64,000 bases of DNA from Christensenellales bacterium (GTDB lineage Bacteria > Bacillota > Clostridia > Christensenellales > CAG-138). Under the pieces are notes generated by a model. That model saw only the letters and a list, made by a program, of their open reading frames with translations. It did no database searches and had not been told where the DNA came from. The stretch covers positions 68,264-132,263 of the forward strand of contig JBGULC010000044.1 in the NCBI GenBank assembly GCA_045114775.1. The letters run 5' to 3'. Below are positions 28,772-36,140 of this stretch, piece after piece (position 1 is the stretch's first letter; each line of letters starts with the position of its first letter). A program made the translations under genes and the position numbers.

Positions 28772-29352
28772 CGTCAGGAGAACCGTCTGCCTGTCACTGT
28801 TCCCCTGCCGCACATAACTGTTATGTTCACTCTGTCACTTTACGAAAAATCCGCTCTCCGTCTGATGATGTACGAGAAAACGCAAACCCATTCCGGATAT
28901 AAAAGCGTTCAGCCATTCTGACAGGAACAAGCTCTATATACGTTGCTCCCAATGATTGAAGATGTTTTTCGACCATTCGATATACAGCAGAACCGACACC
29001 GGAGTTTCTATACGCTGCACATACATAGAAGTTGTTGATATAGCCTTTGTACCATTCCTCGTGGAACGAATAGGTAATCAATCCAACGCAGACTCCATTT
29101 TCTATAATCCGCATCATAAAATACGGATTATGCTCCTGAAGCGTCTGCTCAATCATATGTGCGTTCAGTTCATCATTGTGAAGATCGTCAATGTTCTCTT
29201 GATATTCTTCTTCGTCGCACACTTCTCTCAGATACGAACTGAACAAATCATAGAAATCATCCCATTCATCTTTTTTCTGTAAATCAAATCGTATCAGTTC
29301 GATCATAGCCTATAACAACTCTTTCCAAGACAAGGGAACGGTTCTCCTGACG
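28772..29352. repeat. Low-GC cassette bracketed by perfect 15-bp inverted repeats
   Basis: CGTCAGGAGAACCGT (28772-28786) and its reverse complement ACGGTTCTCCTGACG (29338-29352) enclose only the AT-rich GNAT gene. Confidence 0.6.
28827..29306 (-). CDS. GNAT family N-acetyltransferase
   Basis: 159 aa. Acetyl-CoA motif YRNSGVGSAVYRMV..AERFYIRNGF. Clearly lower G+C than its neighbours. Confidence 0.8.
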   Translation of the reverse strand: MIELIRFDLQKKDEWDDFYDLFSSYLREVCDEEEYQENIDDLHNDELNAHMIEQTLQEHNPYFMMRIIENGVCVGLITYSFHEEWYKGYINNFYVCAAYRNSGVGSAVYRMVEKHLQSLGATYIELVPVRMAERFYIRNGFAFSRTSSDGERIFRKVTE

Positions 29353-29384
29353 CTCCGAAGGGACAAAATCCCGGCTATGACGCT

Positions 29385-30401
29385 TTACGCATCATAGCCG
29401 TTCGGGTTCATGGACTGCCAGTGGTAGCCGGTTTTACACATATTGACAAGATCGCGTTTGGCAACCCAACCGAGAAGCTCCTTTGCAAGCGACGGATCGG
29501 CGTAGTTTTCCGCGACGTCGCCGGGGCGGCGGTCCACGATCTCATACGGAATCTTCACGCCGTTCGCGTCCTCGTAGGCATGGATGACGTCGAGCACGGA
29601 ATAGCCCGTTCCGGTGCCGAGGTTGATCGCGATCGCGCCGGTGTGCGCGTCGGCGTATTCGAGCGCGCGAAGGTGTCCCACCGCAAGGTCGACCACATGG
29701 ATATAGTCGCGCACGCCCGTGCCGTCCGGCGTCGGGTAGTCGTTGCCGAACACGCGAAGTTTTTTCAGCTTTCCGGTCGCGACCTGATTGATGTACGGCA
29801 GCAGGTTATTCGGAATGCCCTGCGGGTCCTCGCCGATGAGGCCCGAATCGTGCGCGCCGATCGGGTTGAAGTACCGAAGAAGCACCACGGACATCTCGGG
29901 ATTCGCTGCGGCGAAGTCCGAAAGGATCTGCTCGCCCATAAACTTCGTCCAGCCGTACGGGTTCGTGCACCAGCGCGGCGCGTCCTCTTTGATCGGGACC
30001 TTCGGAATGCCGTAAACCGTCGCCGACGAGCTGAACACGATGTGCCGCACGTCGAACTCCTTCATGCATTCCAAAAGCGTCAGGTTCGCGTCGAGGTTGT
30101 TTCGGTAATACTCGACGGGCTTTGCGACGCTCTCGCCGACGGCTTTGAGTCCCGCAAAGTGGATGATCGCGCCGAAATCGTGCGCTCTGAACAGCGCGCG
30201 CATCGCGTCTTTGTCGCAGACGTCGACTTTTACGAAGCCCGGACGCTTGCCCGTGATCGTTTCGATGCGGTCCAATACCGCTTCCTTGGAATTATAGAGG
30301 TTATCCGCGATCAGCACGTCATAGCCCGCGTTTAATAGTTCCACCACGGTATGCGAGCCGATGTAGCCCGCGCCGCCCGTTACCAGGATCGTTTTGTTCA
30401 T
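29385..30401 (-). CDS. galE: UDP-glucose 4-epimerase
   Basis: True start is MNKTILVTGGAGYIGSH at 30401 behind GGAGGA. Catalytic YGWTK. 338 aa. Confidence 0.9.
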   Translation of the reverse strand: MNKTILVTGGAGYIGSHTVVELLNAGYDVLIADNLYNSKEAVLDRIETITGKRPGFVKVDVCDKDAMRALFRAHDFGAIIHFAGLKAVGESVAKPVEYYRNNLDANLTLLECMKEFDVRHIVFSSSATVYGIPKVPIKEDAPRWCTNPYGWTKFMGEQILSDFAAANPEMSVVLLRYFNPIGAHDSGLIGEDPQGIPNNLLPYINQVATGKLKKLRVFGNDYPTPDGTGVRDYIHVVDLAVGHLRALEYADAHTGAIAINLGTGTGYSVLDVIHAYEDANGVKIPYEIVDRRPGDVAENYADPSLAKELLGWVAKRDLVNMCKTGYHWQSMNPNGYDA

Positions 30402-30528
30402 AGCACATCCTCCGTCATGATTTTGATTTATTATACAGGAACACCGTCGGAATTGCAACCGTTTGCGCGTATCAAACCGCCGGGAATGGGCAACACTACC
30501 GGAAAAAGAAGGAAGAAGGACACGCACT

Positions 30529-31053
30529 ATGAAGGCAACCGGCATCGTACGCCGTATCGACGAACTCGGCAGGATCGTGATCCCGAAGGAGATCCGCCGC
30601 GTGCTCCGCATCCGCGAAGGCGATCCGATCGAGATCTTCACCGACGCGGACGCGATCGTTCTGAAAAAATACGCGCGCATCCGCGAGCTCGGCGACTATG
30701 CCGAAACCTACTGTCAGGCGCTTTGCGGCGCTCTGGGCTTTTCCGCGGGCGTGACCGATACCGAGGCCGTGGCGTATGCGTCCGGCGCGCTCAAAAAGAC
30801 GCTGCTGCACGCCGCTCTTTCGGAAGCGTACGTCGACCGGATGCGGCAGCGGCAGACCGTGCTTGCGCCGGAGGGATACGCGCTTTTGAAGGACCTCCCC
30901 GCCTTGCGTCTTGCCGCCGTACCGATCGTGAGCAACGGAGACGTGCACGGCAGCGTTCTCATCGCGACCGACGACGCAAGGCTCCGCCTTTCCGACACGG
31001 AGCTTTCGATCCTCAAGACCGCGGCGCTCTACCTCGGCAAGCAGCTCGAGTGA
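30529..31053 (+). CDS. spoVT: Stage V sporulation transcription regulator SpoVT (AbrB-type N-domain plus GAF-like C-domain)
   Basis: MKATGIVRRIDELGRIVIPKEIRRVLRIREGDPIEIF is near-identical in pattern to the B. subtilis SpoVT N-terminus. 174 aa. Confidence 0.9.
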   Translation: MKATGIVRRIDELGRIVIPKEIRRVLRIREGDPIEIFTDADAIVLKKYARIRELGDYAETYCQALCGALGFSAGVTDTEAVAYASGALKKTLLHAALSEAYVDRMRQRQTVLAPEGYALLKDLPALRLAAVPIVSNGDVHGSVLIATDDARLRLSDTELSILKTAALYLGKQLE

Positions 31054-31075
31054 CGGTCACCGCGGCAAAAGCGAA

Positions 31076-31110
31076 CGCATATCCTCCGGCAGCGGCGCGG
31101 AAAATGTCAG
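31076..31110. repeat. 35-bp direct repeat, copy 1 (copy of the 3' end of the pseudouridine synthase gene)
   Basis: CGCATATCCTCCGGCAGCGGCGCGGAAAATGTCAG matches 32886-32920 at 34 of 35 positions. Confidence 0.85.
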
Positions 31111-31184
31111 AATAATCGCGAGGACCGATTCGCGTATAACGGATCGGTCCTTAGCTTATCAGATCGCTGTGTGGTTGCGCCGGA

Positions 31185-32768
31185 TCAATCGATCACGTCG
31201 ACCCGGTAGATGATGTATTCTTCTCCCTGCAGAATGTAGAGATGACCGTTGGAGTATCTGAATGTGTTAGTGATCGAATACTCGTCGCTCACGAACAGGA
31301 TATCCCCGTTGGCGATATTCAGCAGCGTCGGTCTGTCGTTCATATTTACAGCCACAAGCAGCGGCATCGAATCGCTGTCTGGCACAGACGTGCGCCCTTC
31401 CTTTGCTTCGAGCGTGAAATCCTTATTCTCAAGGATCAGCATCGCTTCATCCTCGCTGTGGTCGACGGCTTTTTTGAGCAGCAGGCCTTCGACATCCTCT
31501 CCCTTGATGACCGTTCCGTCCGGATAAATGAGGCCTTCACCGCCGTCCTCATATGTCAGTCTCATAAAGCCGTAAGCTTCGGGACACGCAAACGTCACAT
31601 GATCTTCCGCAGTTATGATCGCTTTGCCCTCGGTATCCATGACAAGGCTGTACCCGTTTTCGTCGCTTCCGTACAAGAACGATCCGTCGAAGTTCGGGGT
31701 ATATTTGAACGGCAGAAGCTCGATCTGTTTGCCGGTGCGGTCAAAAAGCGTCCCGGTCTTTGTGTCGTAATCATAATAGTAAAACAGCTGACCGCCGTTG
31801 TAGATGCAGCGCGGATCATCGTCGAGCACAGCGATCTCATTCAGATCGCCGTCGTAAACGATATATTTATTGTCCTCCGTGCGTTTCAGCAGCAGGCCGA
31901 ACTGGAAACTGCCGTCAAAGTCTGCGACCGGATTGCCGTTCAGGTCATAGATCGCTTTTCTCTTGCTGAAATACAGCTTATCGCCGATTTCGTAGACGTC
32001 ATACGATTCCGTGCTTTCGGTCCGCTTGAGGTCGCCGACGAAGCGTCCCTCGACCATATCGTAATACAGCGCGTAACCGGCATAAAGCTTATCGCCCTCG
32101 TCGGGCATCAAGGAGAACCGACTGCTCGTCACATACATAAACGCGTCTCTCTCGTCGCTCACTTCTTCCGTCGCGTAGCTGACTTCGATGAACCGTTTGC
32201 TGTCATGTATATCGTCGATGATGGCGGCGGATACCGGAATCGACACGGTGCCGTCGGCTTTGACGAGTCCGACGCAGTTTACGCCCTTGTCTATCTGATA
32301 GACGAGCCAGGTGTCGTTGATAAAGGGTTCCACATAGTCATAGGTCTCGCCGAGCGCGTTGTTCCCGTTGGCATCCAACAGTTCATACTTACCGTCTTCG
32401 GTTGATACGAACATGCCTTGGGATCTGATCCTTGCTCGCTTGATGACAGACGCGTCGACCGATCCGACCTTCGTCAGCTTGATCGTCATGCCGAGAAGGT
32501 CGCTGGAAGTGATCAGCTCTGACGGCAGTTCGGCAGCCGCTTCGGGTTCCGGCTTGGGATCGGGTTCCTGTTCGGGATCGGGCTCCGGTTCGGGATCGGG
32601 CTCCGGTTCGGACACGGGTTCGGATTCCGGTTTTTGCTCGGAAACGGGTTCCGATGCGGGCTTGTTCGCTGCCTCGGGATCCTTCTTGTCGGTATTACCG
32701 GTCTTTGCACAGCCGACGACCGCCAGCAGCATCAGAACGGCGAGTACCCAAACGATGGCTTTTTTCAT
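31185..32768 (-). CDS. Secreted lipoprotein with Pro/Glu-rich linker and WG-type beta-repeat-like body
   Basis: Lipobox AVVGC, (EP/DP)n linker, recurrent aromatic-Gly beta-strand repeats. AAGGAGGAAAAT RBS. Confidence 0.6.
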   Translation of the reverse strand: MKKAIVWVLAVLMLLAVVGCAKTGNTDKKDPEAANKPASEPVSEQKPESEPVSEPEPDPEPEPDPEQEPDPKPEPEAAAELPSELITSSDLLGMTIKLTKVGSVDASVIKRARIRSQGMFVSTEDGKYELLDANGNNALGETYDYVEPFINDTWLVYQIDKGVNCVGLVKADGTVSIPVSAAIIDDIHDSKRFIEVSYATEEVSDERDAFMYVTSSRFSLMPDEGDKLYAGYALYYDMVEGRFVGDLKRTESTESYDVYEIGDKLYFSKRKAIYDLNGNPVADFDGSFQFGLLLKRTEDNKYIVYDGDLNEIAVLDDDPRCIYNGGQLFYYYDYDTKTGTLFDRTGKQIELLPFKYTPNFDGSFLYGSDENGYSLVMDTEGKAIITAEDHVTFACPEAYGFMRLTYEDGGEGLIYPDGTVIKGEDVEGLLLKKAVDHSEDEAMLILENKDFTLEAKEGRTSVPDSDSMPLLVAVNMNDRPTLLNIANGDILFVSDEYSITNTFRYSNGHLYILQGEEYIIYRVDVID

Positions 32769-32854
32769 ATTTTCCTCCTTGGTTTTTACATGTTTGCGTG
32801 ATACGCAGCATTCAAATTATAGCACAGATTTCCTGTTTGGCAACCGGATTTCTT

Positions 32855-33742
32855 TCACAAAAGCCCTTCGTTCGACATGATCAACCGCATATCCTCCGGC
32901 AGCGGCGCGGAAAACGTCAGCGTTTCGCCCGTGATCGGATGCACAAAGGTGAGCGCCGCCGCGTGCAGCGCAGGGCGGTCGATCCGGTCGCTCCGCGTTC
33001 CGTAGAGCCAGTCGCCGACGAGCGGATGCCCGATGTACGCCGTGTGCACCCGAAGCTGATGCGTCCGCCCGGTGACCGGAACGAGCCGCTCGAGCGTCAT
33101 GCCGTTCTCCGTTTTCAAAGCTTCCAGAAAGCTCCTCGCCTCCGCGCCGTCCGTTCTGACGCAGCGCTGATAGGTCGAGTCCGGCAGCGGTCCGATCGGC
33201 GCGTCGATCACGATCCGCTCCCGTTCGGGGACGCCCTCCACGATCCCGAGATACGTCTTTTGAAACAGTCCCGCATGCTGGATCGCCTTCATCCGCGCGT
33301 GGATATACCCGCTTTTCGCAACGGTCATAAGCCCCGTCGTACCCTTGTCGAGCCGGCTCACCGGATGCGGATTTTCGCGTTCCGTCCACAGCGCTGCAAG
33401 CGCGTTTTCGACCGTGGGTTCTTTCGGATCCCGCGCCGGATGGACCGCAAGGTCCGCGGGCTTAGAAAGCACCGCGAGCCATTCGTCCTCATAGACGATT
33501 TGAATCGGGTATGGAATCGGCGCGATCGGCAGCCGTTCCGGGTCCGCGGGATCGAAGGCGACGACGTCGCCCGTCGCGGTCCTCGCCGTTGTGTAGACCG
33601 GCTCGCCGTTCAGAAGCAGCGCGCCGCGGCGACGCTTGAGCCTTCTCAGGTACGATTCCGAGACCGCGTAGGCGTCTTGAAGGACGTCCTGAACCGTTCT
33701 TCCCGCTTCCTGCGCTTCGATTGTGTGCGTCAGCATTTTCAT
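32855..33742 (-). CDS. RluA-family 23S rRNA/tRNA pseudouridine synthase
   Basis: S4-like N-terminus, catalytic HPVSRLDKGTTGLM, HQLRVH block. Start at 33742 or 33736. Confidence 0.85.
   Translation of the reverse strand: MKMLTHTIEAQEAGRTVQDVLQDAYAVSESYLRRLKRRRGALLLNGEPVYTTARTATGDVVAFDPADPERLPIAPIPYPIQIVYEDEWLAVLSKPADLAVHPARDPKEPTVENALAALWTERENPHPVSRLDKGTTGLMTVAKSGYIHARMKAIQHAGLFQKTYLGIVEGVPERERIVIDAPIGPLPDSTYQRCVRTDGAEARSFLEALKTENGMTLERLVPVTGRTHQLRVHTAYIGHPLVGDWLYGTRSDRIDRPALHAAALTFVHPITGETLTFSAPLPEDMRLIMSNEGLL
32886..32920. repeat. 35-bp direct repeat, copy 2 (inside the pseudouridine synthase coding 3' end)
   Basis: Encodes ..TFSAPLPEDMR of the synthase. Partner at 31076-31110. Confidence 0.85.
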
Positions 33743-33792
33743 GCGCTCAGTATAGCAGAGCGCGGCGGTTTTCGCAAGGCGTATTCGCCCGG

Positions 33793-34275
33793 TCATACGC
33801 TCGTCCGTTTCTCTGCCGAAGCCCGTTTTTCCTGCGCAAGTCTCTTGAGCTCCGCCGCCTTTTCGAAAAAGACCTGCGCCATCTGCTCGCTCGTCAGCGT
33901 ACGCTTGCCGGTCTCCGGCGGGTTCGGTTTCGGCGCAGGCGCGATCGTCTTCGGTTCGGGTGCGATCGGCTTCGGTTCGGGTTTCGGCGGCTCCTCTTCA
34001 AATTCCGGCGCTTCGTAAAGATCCCAGACCGGTCCGAAGCGACCCTGTCTTCTGCGGGTAAAGCCCAAAGTTTCCAGATCCCGCAAGATCTCGCCGATCC
34101 GCTGCTCGGAAACGCCCAGCTCCTCGCCGAGCTGTTTTTCACGGAATTCCCATCCGTCGGGATGCGCGAGCATGTTTGCGTAAACGCCGAGCTGATCCGG
34201 CTGCATGCCCGCAAAGCGCGCGGCGTCGACCGACAGCGGGACGTACATTCTTCTTTTCTGCATTCGTTTGATCAT
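33793..34275 (-). CDS. Winged-helix DNA-binding protein, Rep/DnaD-like (mobile-element-type)
   Basis: ATG at 34275 behind AAGGAGGAAG. HTH segment EKQLGEELGVSEQRIGEILRDLETLGF, Pro-rich linker, coiled C-terminus. Confidence 0.4.
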   Translation of the reverse strand: MIKRMQKRRMYVPLSVDAARFAGMQPDQLGVYANMLAHPDGWEFREKQLGEELGVSEQRIGEILRDLETLGFTRRRQGRFGPVWDLYEAPEFEEEPPKPEPKPIAPEPKTIAPAPKPNPPETGKRTLTSEQMAQVFFEKAAELKRLAQEKRASAEKRTSV

Positions 34276-34313
34276 GGTTTTCTTCCTCCTTGCCAACAGT
34301 ATCGCACAAAATA

Positions 34314-34356
34314 CCCCCTGAAAATTCCTGAAATAAGTTCACAATTCGCTGTCCCG
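34314..34356. repeat. Inverted repeat, left arm (43 nt)
   Basis: CCCCCTGAAAATTCCTGAAATAAGTTCACAATTCGCTGTCCCG. Reverse complement of 34870-34911 apart from one extra T; 37 nt are perfect. Confidence 0.95.
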
Positions 34357-34535
34357 TAAAGCGGACGGAACCGCAGCGATATGTACGGTTTCAATGCCTT
34401 TCCGTGCGGGGCGCGTCCGGACGGACTGCAGGGGCGGGTGACGGATATTTCCTGCCTTATACGCCGGAAGCTTCAAGTCTTTCAACCGGGCGGACGCGAA
34501 AAGAAGCGTGGTCGCCCTTTCATCCGCACTTTCAG

Positions 34536-34569
34536 GGCACGGCATTTGACGTGCCGTGCCTGTCTTTTT
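34536..34569 (+). terminator. Terminator-like hairpin inside the IR-bounded segment
   Basis: GGCACGGCA-tttgacg-TGCCGTGCC followed by TGTCTTTTT. No annotated gene is upstream on this strand. Confidence 0.4.
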
Positions 34570-34604
34570 CTCACATCTCTCTGAATAGTCAGTCTCCTTT
34601 CCCT

Positions 34605-34702
34605 GAGTGAGACGCTTTTTCCTAAGTGAGACTTTCTTTTCTTTTTGGCTTTATTCCTTAAGTAAGTGAGACTATATAAGTGAGACTTAATGGAAGTGAG
34701 AC
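34605..34702. repeat. Five forward copies of (A/G)AGTGAGAC with irregular AT-rich spacing
   Basis: Copies at 34605, 34624, 34664, 34678 and 34694. Confidence 0.9.
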
Positions 34703-34705
34703 GTA

Positions 34706-34826
34706 CTTCCCTTTCTCACTTCCCTGTCTCACTTCCCTTTCTCACTTTCCTGTCTCACTTGCATTTCGTACTTTCCTGTCTCACTTCCCTTTCTCACTTG
34801 CATTTCGCCCTTCCCTGTCGCACTTA
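34706..34826. repeat. 13-bp tandem repeat array, about 9 units, consensus CTTCCCTKTCTCA (reverse complement contains GTGAGAC)
   Basis: Units start at 34706, 34719, 34732, 34745, 34758, 34771, 34784, 34797 and 34810. Orientation is opposite to the left block. Confidence 0.95.
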
Positions 34827-34869
34827 CGCGCCGAAGCCTGGACGGGACAATCGGATTCCTTCCGTTTTT

Positions 34870-34911
34870 CGGGACAGCGAATTGTGAACTTATTTCAGGA
34901 ATTTTCGGGGG
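34870..34911. repeat. Inverted repeat, right arm (42 nt)
   Basis: CGGGACAGCGAATTGTGAACTTATTTCAGGAATTTTCGGGGG. Ends 49 nt before the endolysin start codon. Confidence 0.95.
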
Positions 34912-34960
34912 TGCTTTTCTGCTATGATGGAGTTGCCCGGGAAAGGAAAGGTGATTTCTG

Positions 34961-35689
34961 ATGATTGAAACAAAGGAATTGACAACGGCAAACAGGCTTC
35001 GGGAGGACTTTCTGAAGCTGCTGCGGGGTCAGATCGGAACGGGGATCTACGTCTGGGGCGGCAACGGCGAGATCCTCGATGAGATGAAGGACCCGGTCGG
35101 CTGGATCCTGCAGCATGAAACGAGCCGCGAGAACGCGCAGCGTGTGTTCCGTCTCTACGCAAAGCGGGTCGACGGCGGCGTGAAGCCGATCCGCGCCTTC
35201 GACTGCTCGGGGCTCGTCTATTGGGCGCTGAAGGCGATCGGCGTCCAAAGATCGGACGTTTCGAGCCGCGGGCTTTTTGCGCTCGTGAAGCCGATCGGAG
35301 AGAGCGAGCTGCGTCCCGGCGATCTCGTCTTTCATCACGACGGGAAGCAGATCGTGCATGTCGGCGTGTGCGACGGAGAGGCGCAGATCGAGTGCCGCGG
35401 GCGCGACGTCGGCGTGGTGCGAAACGCGCGTAAGCCCGGTTATTGGAACCGCTTCGGCAGACTTCCGGCTTTTGCGGTCGAGTCGCAGGAGGTCGTAGCG
35501 ATCCTCGGCGGATCGGTGCGCGTTCGCGAAGGCGACAGCGTTGCGTCCCGATGCGTCGGCATCGTGCACAGGGGCGAAACGTACCCGCTGATCGGCGTCG
35601 GCGCGTCCGGCTGGTATCGGATCCTGTGGCGCGGGACCGAGGTCTGTATCACGAACAAGCCTCAGTACACGGAGGTGCGCCGTGGCTGA
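34961..35689 (+). CDS. NlpC/P60 peptidoglycan endopeptidase with C-terminal SH3 domain (phage endolysin-like)
   Basis: Catalytic Cys in AFDCSGLVYWAL and His in IVHVGV. SH3b-like tail GWYRILWRGTEVCI. Confidence 0.8.
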   Translation: MIETKELTTANRLREDFLKLLRGQIGTGIYVWGGNGEILDEMKDPVGWILQHETSRENAQRVFRLYAKRVDGGVKPIRAFDCSGLVYWALKAIGVQRSDVSSRGLFALVKPIGESELRPGDLVFHHDGKQIVHVGVCDGEAQIECRGRDVGVVRNARKPGYWNRFGRLPAFAVESQEVVAILGGSVRVREGDSVASRCVGIVHRGETYPLIGVGASGWYRILWRGTEVCITNKPQYTEVRRG

Positions 35690-35891
35690 AAAGACTGTGA
35701 CCGAGATCCTCGAAGCGCTTGCAAGGATCGAAACGGACGTCAGGACGATCGCGAAGAACGCCGCGGACCACGAAGCGCGGCTGCGCGTCCTGGAGGGCAA
35801 AAGCGGCAAACGAATGGAACAGATCACGGTCTCCGTGATCACGGCGGTGCTCGTCGGTCTCGTCGGGTACGCGCTGGGCAAGGTGTTTTGA
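35682..35891 (+). CDS. xhlA: XhlA-family phage lysis accessory protein
   Basis: 69 aa. Coiled-coil N-terminus and a single C-terminal TM segment. GTG start behind GGAGG, overlapping the endolysin stop. Confidence 0.6.
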   Translation: MAEKTVTEILEALARIETDVRTIAKNAADHEARLRVLEGKSGKRMEQITVSVITAVLVGLVGYALGKVF

Positions 35892-35905
35892 GAAAGGAGG
35901 AACTT

Positions 35906-36094
35906 ATGCGTCAGAGCAGAAACAAGAGCGTGCTCTTTTGGATCGGGCTTGTGTCGGCCGTGTATGAAGCGGTGATCTCGAGCCTGATGAGCGCCGGGGT
36001 CGTGATGCATCCGGTCGTCGGCGCGATCGGCGTAGCGCTTGCGACGGTGCTCATCTACTGCAACGGCAACAACCCGAGTCTGAAGGAGTACTGA
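35906..36094 (+). CDS. Small two-TM phage holin
   Basis: 62 aa from the ATG behind AAGGAGGAAC (the track ORF starts at an upstream TTG). Two hydrophobic helices and a polar C-terminus. Confidence 0.6.
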   Translation: MRQSRNKSVLFWIGLVSAVYEAVISSLMSAGVVMHPVVGAIGVALATVLIYCNGNNPSLKEY

Positions 36095-36101
36095 TATGCA
36101 A

Positions 36102-36140
36102 AGAGACGCCCCGAAAAGGGCGTCTCTGCAAAGCTTTTTT
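36102..36140. terminator. Bidirectional terminator between the lysis cassette and the convergent hydrolase gene
   Basis: AGAGACGCCC-cgaaaa-GGGCGTCTCT with a downstream T-run. Confidence 0.75.

Noticed and set aside
30440-30528. Forespore-type (sigma-F/G) promoter upstream of spoVT (GTATC-17 nt-CAACACTA).
   Set aside because: The match to the consensus I recall is weak and cannot be scored by hand, so it is not reported as a feature.
34605-34826. Short-repeat array considered as a CRISPR locus.
   Set aside because: The repeats are only 9-13 bp and contiguous or irregularly spaced, with no unique spacers of 25-40 bp. No cas genes are present.
34314-34911. IR-bounded segment considered as an IS element or MITE.
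   Set aside because: It contains no transposase ORF. The bases flanking the arms show no target-site duplication, and the arms are positioned symmetrically with respect to two start codons. Kept instead as a switch or operator candidate.
34680-34961. 93-aa ORF (and the 34690-34887 ORF) with SLSHFP-type periodic sequence.
   Set aside because: The periodic peptide is simply the 13-bp DNA repeat read in frame. There is no RBS, and the ORF crosses the right inverted-repeat arm.
33793-36094. Intact prophage.
   Set aside because: Only a Rep-like gene and three lysis genes are present. There are no integrase, structural, packaging or repressor genes, and housekeeping genes flank both sides.
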